A DNA stretch of 64,000 nt from Azolla caroliniana (taxonomy: Eukaryota; Plantae; Polypodiophyta), in assembly GCA_043228905.1 (NCBI GenBank), contig JBHGNT010000022.1, forward strand, positions 8,246,001 through 8,310,000. The letters are read 5' to 3'. The notes beneath the pieces were generated by a model. It ran no database searches and was not told where the DNA came from. It was given only the letters and a program-made list of their open reading frames with translations. A program made the position numbers and the translations under genes. Shown here in pieces: positions 52,601 to 64,000 of the stretch. The first letter of the stretch is position 1; every line of letters begins with the position of its first letter.

Positions 52601-55390
52601 GGATCGGTGCGAATCCAACTCCGGAAAAGATAAAGGCGGATCTTCGGGAACGAAGTCCGACCTGGCCAAGAAGGGCCCCAAACCGGATAATACCAAGTTA
52701 TGCTGGTCTTCCTGCCAGAAGAACCCTGTGATGCGGTATGGGTACAATGAGTCCATGGCGCATCACTATGCGTACATGACCAAGGTGGCGGAAGTGCGTG
52801 AGCCGGAGAGCTACGCAGAAGCGGCAAAGGACGCACATTGGCGTGCCGCTATGGAGGAAGAGATGTGGGCACTTGATGCCAATGACACATGGGACCTAGT
52901 TGACCCTCCCCGACACTGTAAACCGATCGGATGTAAGTGGGTGTACAAGGTAAAGTACAATATTGACGGTTTGGTTAACCATTACAAGGCTCGGCTAGTG
53001 GCAAAGGGATACGCGTAGACCCACGGAATCAACTACGACGAGACATTCGCTTCGGTAGCGAAGATTACGACGGTTCGTGTGGTGCTAGCGGTTGTTGCGG
53101 CAAGGGGGTGGCATCTTCACCAAATGGACATGAAGAATGCATTTCTTCAAGGCAATCTTGAAAAAGAGGTCTTTATGACCCAACCCCCCGGTTTTCAATC
53201 GGAGATAAACAAGTAAGCGGTATGCCGGCTGAAGAAGTCATTTTATGGCCTGAAGCAAGCCCCCCGAGCTTGGAATGCGAAGATTACGCACCGGTTGCGT
53301 AAGATGGAGTTTGCAGCCTCCAAGTCCGACTCTTCGTTGTTCATTCGGCAAGGTCTGGATGGTCTGGTTTGCATCTTGTTGTATGTTGATGATCTAGTCA
53401 TCACCGAACCCAGACTCGATGAAATCAGTCGAGTCAAGTCCCAGTTTTCGGACGCATTTGAGATGAAGGACCAGGGGGACCTTCACTATTTCCTCGGGAT
53501 CGAGGTGATCCGAACCCCCGACGGCATATTGCTCTCACAAAGACACTATGTGTTGAATATGTTGTACAAGTTCGGCATGATGGCATGCCGACCAATCTTC
53601 ACACCCTTGGATCGGAACCAGAAGCTCCGTCCCGACTCCAGACCGGCTTGCGATGAGAAGCGGTTCCGACAAATCGTCGAAAGCCTCATATATTTGACAA
53701 TCACCCAACCCGATATCAGTTATTCGGTCGGCGTGATCAGCCAATATATGCAGAAGCCGACCGTGGAGCACCTTCTGTGCGCGCATCGAATTTTGCGATA
53801 TGTGAGCGGCGCGAAGGACCGGGGACTGTTATACTGGCGAGGTATAACCGAAGAGCTAGTCGGTTACACGTATGCCGACTGGGCCGGCGATGCATCAGAT
53901 CACCGATCAACTTCCGGTTACATGTTTTCCCTAGGTAGCGCGGTTGTTGCGTGGAGCAACAAAAAGCAGCCAACAGTGGCTCTGTCGAGCACTGAGGCTG
54001 AGTATCGGGGCACTACCGTCGCCACCTGTGAAGCCATTTGGCTTCGTCGACTGCTGCAAGACCTACGGATCAAGGTACCGACCCCAATCCTGAACTACTG
54101 CAACAATATGAGCAGCATGCAGCTCGCCAAGAACCCAATATTCCATGCTTGCACAAAGCACATAGAAGTGCACTACCATTTCGTGCTTGAGCGTGTCCTG
54201 AGTGGTGAAGTCGAACTTCGGTATGTTCATACAGATCAGCAAGTTGCCGACATCTTCACCAAACCGCTCGTATCGGACAAGTTGCAGCACTTCACCGAAA
54301 TGCTTGGTGTTCAACATATTGACGTGCCACACTTGAGGGGCAGAACAGGCAAAGGCAAAGAGACTATCAATTGCGCCGGTGTGGGAAGAATCAACAAAGG
54401 GGGAGACAAGGAGAAGAAAGGAGCCGAGTCGACAAAGGAAGTTGACACATCCAAACAAGTCGGAACAAGCGGCAGCGGAGGCAGAGTCAAGAAGGACAGA
54501 GCTGACCAAAAGAAGAAGGCAAGGACCCAGACATGGTCCGATGTGGTGAAGGGCTTGGAACCAGAAGACGAATCGGGAGCGACCGATTCAGAAAAGAGAC
54601 GGAATGAATCGGAGACAACCGATTCGGTTCTACATAAGGATTCGGAAGAACTGAATCAATTCAAGGCCAAGAGGACAAGAAGGCAGCGAAAGTCGACGCC
54701 AACACGAAGGAATCGGCGAATCGGCGAATCGGCAAGAGCCGAAGTCACAGCATCGAGGGAGCTGAATTGGGCCTATTGAGCAGACAAGCCAACCAAGGAG
54801 GTCGAGGTGCGCAGAAACAGAAGGGTCGTGGTAAACGGGACCGGACCGGACCGGAGGAGCGCGAGTGAGGCGGAGTGACGCCAGAAGGAGCTAGGTGGAA
54901 GGACCGGCTACCATGGAGACTAACACTACGATCCAACCTCAAGTTGAGCTTAAGGGGGAGTGTTGAGTGGCAAGCTCAACCTGATCCGGATCGGCTAAAT
55001 AAGCCTGAGCCGGATCAGCATCCGGAAGGATGAGCCAGATCGGTGACCCGGTGAGCAAGTGAGACGGTGACCTGGGGAGCCGGTTAGCCGGATCCATCAG
55101 TAACCGGAAGCCTAGTAGCAGCTAGACTACTAGGGAGTTAATAGTCTCGTAGTAAGTGCCAAACGCTCGAGTGAGCATTGAAGTACGCAGTACTTCTGTC
55201 AGTCCTCTCAGGACTTGTATAAATAGTGCTGTTGAGCACGTTTCATGTATAGAGAATTATTATTGTTTTGAAAAAATAGCTTTTATGTTCTACTCATTCT
55301 CTGTCTCTCCCACGTACTGTAAAAGCTCTCCATTAAACTTGTTTTCTGTTTCCTATTTTCTATTGCTTCTGCATGCTATTTGCTTCTACA
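49604..55390 (+). mobile_element. Full-length decayed copia family B element; LTRs 49604-49977 and 54961-55390
   Basis: PBS TGGTATCAGAGC at 49978, PPT TAAGGGGGAG at 54951-54960, gag CWYCSKKGHRESEC, RT LYVDDL, RH ADIFTK; no clean TSD. Confidence 0.95.
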
Positions 55391-57312
55391 GGATAACACG
55401 TGATCCTTCGCCTTCAACGGTGTGGCCCACAGCTTCCGGTTGTGGTCTTCTATGAATGTCACGAAGTACTACGATCCGGCATGTGACTTCGTGTCCACTT
55501 GACACACATCTGTATGCACCAGCTCCAATGGTGCATTACGTCTCATCGGTGGCCTTGAGCGGAAGGAGGTCCGGTTTTGCTTACCGGCCAGGCAGTCGGT
55601 GCACTACTCAGGATGCACTTCTTTCACCGGAATGAGGTTGTCATCAGCAAGCCTCTTCATCCCCTTCTCGCTCATGTGACACAGTCTCTTGTTCCACAGC
55701 TCACCGGTAGTGTCGGATGCAACATTCACTTCTTCCTGGCATAACCGGGCATTCATTAGGTACAGAGTGTTGAATTTCCGAGCCCGAGCCACTATTAGGC
55801 TCCCTTTGTTGAACTTCATGACTCCGCTCCGGATGCTACCCGTGTAGCCTTCATCGTCTAGCCGACCGACTGATATTAGGTTCAGTCTAACCTCTGGAAC
55901 GTGTCGGACATCCTTTAGCAGTAGCTTGCATCCGGTTGGTGTTGTCAACCACATGTCTCCTATGCCGACAATTCGGCATGTACCTTCATTCCCCATCCGG
56001 ACACAGCCATGCTCACCGGCTGTGTAGCATGAGAAGCATTTCCGGTTCGGGGTCAAGTGGAACGACGCTCCGGAATCGACAACCCACGTTGTCTCATCGC
56101 CGGCAAGGTTCAACTCACTCTCCTCGGTGATGAGCATCAACTCTTCTTCACTTGCCAGTTCGGTCCCCTCCGGTTCAGTCCCCTTCGGTCTTTACCGTTC
56201 CGGTCTGATGTCCGCTTCGAATCGGTACTGTCGATTTCCTTGTCTTTCCGGAAATTTCGACAATTTTTCTGGAAGTGTCTTGGCTTGCCGCAATAGAAGC
56301 AAGTCAGCCTCCCCCTTGACTTTGACCGTGTCCCCGACTTTTCCCGATTCTGGGGACTACGGTTCCTTTGTCTTCCACGTTCCGATTCGATAAGGAGTGC
56401 TTTGGAGCTGGAGATCGTATCCATGTCTTTCCGACGCACCTCCTCATCTAGCAAGCTTGACTTGACTCTAGCTAGGGATAGTTGTTTTCCTTCCGGCCCG
56501 CCGTTGCCCAAAGTGACAACTAACGTCTCCCAACTATCCGGGATGGAACCGAGCAGGAGTAATGCTAGTACCTCATCGGCGAGAGGTACTTCCAACGATG
56601 TTGCCTGGTGTATCAGCCCCTTGAAGGCATTCATGTGCTCCGCCATACTAGAACCATCTTGGTATTCGAGTCTTACTAGCTTCCGGAATACCGAAACCCG
56701 ATTAACAACATTTTTGTTCTGAAACATAATGTTGATCTTCTCCTAGAGCTCATGAGCCTTGCTCTCTTCATTGAAGTTGTTGTACAGGCTCATGTCGATG
56801 AAGCACCGGATGTATGTCGTTGTCTTCATGTGCATTACCTCCCATATCGTGGCATCGATCTTGTCCGGTCTCTTGTCCTCGAACTAAACTGGCAACCAAA
56901 GATCTTTAACCACGAACATGTCCCTCATCTTCGACTTCCACACTGAGTAGTTGGAGCCGGTGAGCTTGAACATGCCTCCCAACAAATCTTCCATTTTCTA
57001 TGTCGTTTCACTCTGATACCAAATTGTCAAGAATATGCGGAATGATGCTCGACCACAACCGAGTCTTCAATCACTTAGTTGAGAATTACAATCACAGAAA
57101 TGGGAATGTAGAGATAGATACACGTATACACAAAAACTGAAAAAAGAGTACATAGTATGTTTTTGTGGAAAACCCTAAATGGGAAAAACCACGGGAGTCC
57201 ACAAACTCCAACTATCACTATGTAAGGAGAATACAATAGAGGAACACAGAGGCCACGACCTCTTGCTCTCAATCTTTTCCTGACGGCAATTACAACAGAG
57301 ACACACTCTTTA

Positions 57313-57436
<124 letters not shown>

Positions 57437-58732
57437 GCTTTGTACAGTAGTTACACCAATAACTTTATACAATCATCAACTACGACTTCACCTCTGTTTG
57501 CCCTAGGTCATATTTATACTAATATGACTTTCAGGCTATTTACAAATGTAGCCACAATGGGCTAACAGAGACATATTTACATATATGTCCCTTCATCCGG
57601 TGAGAGGTTCTCACCGGGCCTATGTCATCCGGTTCTCACCGGGTTTTCCTTGCCGGGTACTCATCATCCCATCTGGAGGGACCGAAATCCTAACAATCTC
57701 GACATAGTCAATTCCCTGGTTCTACGGGTATCCCATGGCCATCAATCGGGCCTTGTACCCGTTGACCAAACCATCAGCGTTGTATTTCACCTTATACACC
57801 CACTTACATCTTATTGGCTTACAATTCTGGGGAGGGTCAACCAAGTCCCATGTGTCGTTGGCATTGAGTGCCCGCATTTCTTCCTCCATACCGAAACGCC
57901 AATTCGCGTCTTTTGTCGTTTCTACGTAGTTGTCTAGGTCACGCACTTCCACCACCTTTTTCATCTACGCATAATGGTGCGCCATGTACTCATTATATCC
58001 ATACCACAGCACGGGGGTCTTCTAGTAGGTGGATCGGCATAACTTCTGATTCGTCGATTTTAGGGCCCTCTTGGTCAACTTGGACTTCATTTCCAAAGGT
58101 CTGTCTTCATTGTTTTGGGTGTCGGATTCGCTCTGATCCGACTCTTCCTTGTCAGTGTTGTACTCTAGCATCTTCTTCTCTTCCTTTTCCTTGTGTGTGT
58201 ACCGTCTTCTTGGTTCCTTGCGTGGGGAGTGCACACCCGAGTCTCCACTACTCACCGGCTCATCATCTGACTGGTCGTTTCGACGTAGTCTCTCATTTGG
58301 CTTGCTTAGCTTAAATGAGATCAGACTCTCCTCCAAAGTGTCAATATCCTCTTCCTCTTCTTCCCGAATCATGTCGGGTTCAGTGGCCTCATCTTCAGTG
58401 ATCAAGTGGTCGGAGTTGTCAAGAGATGGAGTCGGAGTCGGTAAGGAGTACCATGATGTCGACTCATCGAATTCGACATCTCGGCTCAATAGAACTTGTT
58501 TGGTCTGGGGGTTATAACACTTATACAGCTTCTATTCATGTGAGTAGCCGACCAATATGCACTTCTCCGACTTCGGGTCCAACTTTCTCCTCTTCTCACC
58601 GGGCACATGCACATAGGCTATGTTGTCGAATACCCTCAGGTGTCTTAAGTTCGGCTTCCATCCGAAATACATGTCATGTGTTGACACCTTTTCCCCAATC
58701 TGGTTTTGGATGTAGACCGTTGTCCGAACCAC

Positions 58733-59325
58733 TATCATGAAGATTTTCGGCAACGGTGTGAAAATCGTGTGGAACAAACAAAACCGAGAAAGTGTAATGA
58801 GCACTCAAACATTTGTAAATAAAATAAGTCTAAAGCCTAGTAACCTTTGAGTTCATACAAAGGGGTGCAAGCAAGGCTTGAACCTTGCACCTCCATGATA
58901 AGAGACGAATTAACTTACCACTAAAGCCACTACTAAGTGATTTAGATTTTGTATATTTTCTTTTCATATTCAATATTTCGTAGGAAGCAAACATATAAAA
59001 ACCATGGGCACAAAACCATGGTTTTAGCCCGTGGGTTTAGCCCATGGTTTTTACATCGAGAGACCTATAAAAGCCTATAGTGGCGCTTGTGTAAAGAGAG
59101 AAGTGATGTAAGTAAAACTTTTAATCAAAGATCTGAGTTATCCTAATGGTGATGTATCTTGTCTCGTAAAACTAAAGTCAAGGGTTCAATCTCTCTCTCT
59201 CTCTCTTCATCCATCTATCTATCTGCAATACTTTCTCGCTTACGTTGTTAAAACATCTAATCCTTCCAGTCCAGGACCCCAGTGGTCCCACTTCATTTCG
59301 CGAACACGTGAGGATTTCCTTGACA
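58733..59325 (+). mobile_element. Solo LTR of the 4-bp-TSD family
   Basis: TATCATG..CCTTGACA (decayed TGTCGTG..TCGACA); flanks CCAC/CTGC both derive from CCGC, which restores the host integrase. Confidence 0.85.
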
Positions 59326-61017
59326 CTGCTTCGGCCCAGTAAAATTTGGGCATGCGCTTCTTTTCTAGCATTGCCCTTGCTGCTTCCACATTTGACCAGT
59401 TCTTCCTTTCAGCAATGTCGTTCTATTCCGGCGTATATCTACAGCTAAACTCTATGAATTACCATTTGCCGTAGATAACAATTGAATTGGCCAGAAAAGT
59501 ATTCCTTTCCGCCATCCGATCGTAGGCACGTAATCTTTCTCTCTGTTTCCCTCTCGACTCAGCTTTGTAAATTCCAGAAACAATCGAAGACTTCGATTTT
59601 CTTCTCAATGAGGTAGATCCATGTGTGTCGGTTGTAGTTGTCGATGAATGAGATGAAGTATCAATTCTCAGCTAGACTTACATTCTGTGTTGGTCTCCAA
59701 ACATCCGAATGGATCAAATCAAGCTTGTTGCGGCTCCGATTACGCTCGTTGGGGAATGAAAGTCGGTGTTCCTTCCCAAGCTGGTAGGCTTCATAAATTT
59801 GGACCTTCCGGTCACTGAATTTCAGTAAGCTGAATACTACTTGTTTCGACTGTAGATCATGAAGCCTTTGTGTTGAGAGACAAGCTCAACATCGGTCGGA
59901 TCGGCTGAGCAAGACGAGGACCGGATCGGTTGGGACCGATCAGTTAGGCTGGATCAGTTGGAAACCGGTACGCAGACCGGTGCATAGGAAGGCCGGATCG
60001 GTGCAGAAACTAGGAAGCCATCAGAAAGATATTCCGCAAGGAATATATTTGGGAGTCAGTGTCGAAGCTCATTTATGAGCAGTCAAGTACCATCAGTACT
60101 TGTGTCAGCCCGATTGTCAGGGCTTATATAAAGGTGCTCACTGAGCACATCCTATGTATAAATTGAGTATTATTTCGAATATAGTTCTGTTTTTTTACTC
60201 TCTCTGTCTCTCCCGTGCGTACTGTGCAAACCTAAGCTTTCCATTAAACCTACGTTTTCTGTTGTTCATTTTCCTATATTGCTTCCGCACGCCATTCTTT
60301 TCATGGTATCAAAGCGCGAGGGTTGAGAACCTCTGCAGTCGACTTTGCTTGAAGGAAAAACCAACGAAGAAGAACAAGAAAACCAATGGACAGAGGAATG
60401 GCTAGCTCGCTTCCGACGGAGAAGCTCGACAAAACCAACTACGCATCTTGGTCCTACAACATGCACCAGTACCTACTTGGGCACGGTTATTGGAGCTATA
60501 TCGAATGAGTGAATGACACGGCACCCGAATTGACACACAAAGACTTCCCGGCATGGGAACAATCGGTGAGCAGAGTGTTGTACTGTTTCGAGTCTTGTGT
60601 GGGCGAACAGCTATTAAGCTACATTCGAGATGCAAAAATGCCGAAGGGTGCGTGGGAAAATCTAAAGAAGATCTTCGCCACGAGCACCACAACCAAGAAG
60701 CTTCAGCTCCGACGGGAGTTGAGCAACCTACGACAACGCGATTTGTCGGTGGCTGACTATACCTCGAAGATCAAGGACATATGTGACTCCTTAGCTTCCA
60801 TTGATGTAAACATTGAGGAAAGCGAGATAGTCTAGGTCTATCTCGGGGTTTGGCATCGAAGTTCGGGGCGTTCCGAACTGTTGTGTGTACCCGAGAGAAT
60901 ACGACATCCATTTTTGACTTACAGTCGATGCTCCTAGTAGAGGAGAACCATGCGGGTGCATCAACGAGCACGCACACCGACAGCAAGATGTTGTACACGG
61001 AGGGAGATAGGCCCCGT

Positions 61018-61728
61018 TGTCGTAGGGTATTTCATACACTACATGAAAAACTTATAAAGTAACGTTTTAGTAAATATGAAGAGATAGAAGAAAATCTCAA
61101 AATAAATAATACATGCATAGGGCAAGATTCGAACCTTGCACCTCCATGTTAATAATGTAATGTCTTACCATTACACTAGCATTTCATTCCTGTTAAAAAG
61201 TAGATGTCCCGCATAAAAAAAGGTAAGTTCACGTAGGATAAACTTTAGTTAAAAGAAAAAGCTACGCATGCACATCTAGCGTGCATGAACGCTATAGTTG
61301 ATAAAAAAACGCACAAGTTAGAAAAAGCATAATCACTTTAGATAAAGTATATAGTCTATCTATAGGAAAAGCATGGAGTCTATAGTTAGAGAAAAAAAAA
61401 CATGGATTCCTAAGACTCCCTCATCACTACATAAGGATGGGGAGCACAATGTAATAGGGGTGTGAAAAATATTTGGGAAATTGGATATATTTCCTAAAAC
61501 ACCAATTAATATAATCGTGGGATTCACAAAGTTTTATATAATCTATCTCTTTCAATCTAAATTCATATTCTTACATAAATATTGATTAATGTAATCCTTG
61601 TGGGATTCACAAGCTTCTAATAATCTATACATAATTAAAATCGCCTCAAATTCTTCCTCTTCCTAGTCCATAACCCCAGTGGTTCCCACCCGACTCACGC
61701 AAATGATCCGGAGCTGAAAGGCACGACA
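61018..61728 (+). mobile_element. Solo LTR (TGTCGT..ACGACA family), 4-bp TSD CCGT
   Basis: Removing the LTR and one CCGT restores the gag sequence seen at about 50695-50725. Confidence 0.92.
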
Positions 61729-62599
61729 CCGTGGATGTGGAGGACGAGGCGAGTCAGTGCGCAATGGAGGCGGCCGACGAGATCAAGGAAGGAGGCACTG
61801 AAATGATGCCGACAGCAATTCCGGACCCTCCGGAAACAGGGGGAGTCGAGGCGATGAGAACCGCCAAGGGAAACCCGCCACGGAATGCTAGTATTGTGGC
61901 AAGAAAGGCCACAGGGAGAGCGAGTGCTGGAAAAAGCGCGCCGAGTCGGAGAGGACTGGTTCCGGATCTGGTTCCGGACATACCGACAAAGGAAACCGGC
62001 AGCTATCGCACTACGCCGAAGGATCTGGAAAAGCCGGAAAAGGGTTTGCCTTCGTGACGAGACACGAAGCAAACTCAATGAAGCATACTACCCCGAAATC
62101 GGACGAGGTGTTGTACGTCGACTCCGGCGCGTCAAATCACATGACGAGCCATAAGGAGTGGTTCATGTACCTAGAAAAACCAATGCAACCGGGAGTAGTC
62201 ACAACCGGAGATGACACTCCGCATCCGATCGCGAGTGTCGGAGAAGTTCCCCTGAGCCATGTCGGGCAGAAAGGGAAATTCATGAACGTGCTACACGTTC
62301 TGACAATCACGAAGAACTTGGTGTTGGTCGGACAGATCGTCGACCAAGGGATGGAGGTCCGCTTTACACACCTCAGGTGCTTCATTGAGGAAGAAGGCCA
62401 TGTTATTGCGCAAGGGCGCAGAGATGGGAGGATGTTCATCCTCGAATCTACTGACGGTGGCACCGCAATGTTCGCGAAGGGACAAAAAGTCGAGTCGGAC
62501 ATCGACTTATGGCACAAGCGGATAGGCCACGTCAATTACCAGCGGCTTCAAGACCTGCAATCGAAACAAGTGGTGTTCGGATTGCCCAAATTTAGTGGC

Positions 62600-63110
62600 T
62601 GGAAGGCACAAATTTGTGAAGCCTGCTAGCTTGGAAAGCAACACCGACTTCCTTTCCCCAACCAGCGTAACCGGAGCCGGAACAAGCTCGACTTGATACA
62701 CTCCTATGTGTGGGGGCCGGCACAAAACATTAGTCTTGGCGGGAGCCGATATTTCGTCTCCTTCATCGACGACTACACGCGGCACACGTAGATCTACCTC
62801 ATTGAGAGGAAGAGCGAAGTCTTCAACTGTTTCCGGGACCTCAAAGGGTTCGTGGAAGGCACAAATTTGTGAAGCCTGCTAGCTTGGAAAGCAACACCGA
62901 CTTCCTTTCCCCAACTAGCGTAACCGGAGCCGTAACAAGCTCGACTTGATACACTCCTATGTGTGGGGACCGGCACAAAACATTAGTCTTGGCGGGAGCC
63001 GATATTTCGTCTCCTTCATCGACGACTACACGCGGCACACGTAGATCTACCTCATTGAGAGGAAGAGCGAAGTCTTCAACTGTTTCCGGGACCTCAAAGG
63101 GTTCGTGGAA
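62600..63110. repeat. 253-bp tandem duplication in copia integrase
   Basis: TGGAAGGCACAAATTTG at 62600 and 62853; TGGAA microhomology at the junctions. Confidence 0.95.
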
Positions 63111-64000
63111 ACGGAAACAGGAAGAAAGATTAGGTGATTGCGGTCGGATGGCGGAAAAGAATACTTTTCCAGTCAATTCAACAGTTATCTACAACATATG
63201 GGAATTTGGCGCGAATTCAGTTGTAGATACACGCCGGAGCAAAACGGCGTGGCCGAGAGGAAAAATCAGTCGATTGTGGAAGCGGTACGGGCAATGCTAG
63301 AGGAGAAGAGCTTGCCCAAGTTCTACTGGGCCAAGGTGGTAAGGACCGCAGTATACATCCAGAATCGGATCGGAGACAAAGTGTCGACGCACGAGCTATA
63401 TTTCGGAATGAAGCTGAACTTGCGACACTTACGAGTTTTCGGTAGCATTGTGTATGTGCATGTGTCGAAGGAGAAACGGAGGAAGCTGGATGCAAAGGCC
63501 GAGAAATGTATCTTGGTCGGTTACTCGAACGAGCAGAAGGGTTATAAGTGTTATAACCCGCGCACCAAACAAGCACACGTGAACCGCGACATTGTGTTTG
63601 ATGAGTCCGCGTCCTGGTACTTGCCTCCGACTCCGGACCTCGCCTCCAATCCGAGTTCTGATGATGAGGTCAATGAGGCCGAGATGCCTCCAGATGAGCC
63701 TGAAATCGGGACACCGCGAAGAAAGTCTGATTTCGTTTCAGTTAAGTGGACCGAATGGACGACTGAGTCGGTTCGACCAGTCTGATGAAGAGCCGGCGAG
63801 TAGTGGAGACTCGACCGTGCATTCCCCGCGCAGGAAGCCGAGGAGACGGCTTATGCGCAAAGAGAAAGGGAAGAAGGTGTCGGATTCCGACATGGATAGG
63901 AACGAGTCAAACCAACGCGAGTCCGACTCCGAGGGAAGCGGTGACGGGTCTTCAAGAGCGAAGTCCGCGTCGGCCGAGAAGACCTCGACATTGGCTAATG

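Larger units (their letters stand above)
59871..64000 (+). mobile_element. Copia family B copy (5' LTR 59871-60303, gag, PR, INT); runs off the right edge
   Basis: PBS TGGTATCAAAGC at 60304; YVDSGASNHMT; YTPEQNGVAERKN. Confidence 0.93.

Overview
Eukaryotic, almost certainly land-plant heterochromatin, most likely from a seed-free plant (inference from the Tcn1-like chromoviruses, plant tRNA PBSs and TATG/CA microsatellites). Most of the window is a multi-layer nest of decayed retroelements: two copies of a Ty3/gypsy chromovirus, a non-chromovirus gypsy, a short-LTR gypsy with a tRNA-Ala-like PBS, several Ty1/copia copies from two families, many solo LTRs, two LINE families and a hAT remnant. 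One host gene, an ATL-like RING-H2 E3 ligase, sits in a non-TE island at about 33.1-33.7 kb. Main observations: (1) tRNA-like RNA polymerase III A-box/B-box cassettes sit inside the LTRs of unrelated retroelement families; (2) an LTR family with TGTCGT..ACGACA ends makes 4-bp target duplications centred on CpG and includes a tRNA-Trp-primed gag-only element; (3) a gypsy carries a second aspartic protease fused in frame after integrase; (4) the chromovirus has a self-priming PBS with compensatory base changes and a -1 frameshift signal; (5) the RING-H2 gene has no in-frame AUG for its N-terminus but has a CUG in optimal Kozak context. All coordinates were read by eye and family assignments come from motif recognition, not database searches.
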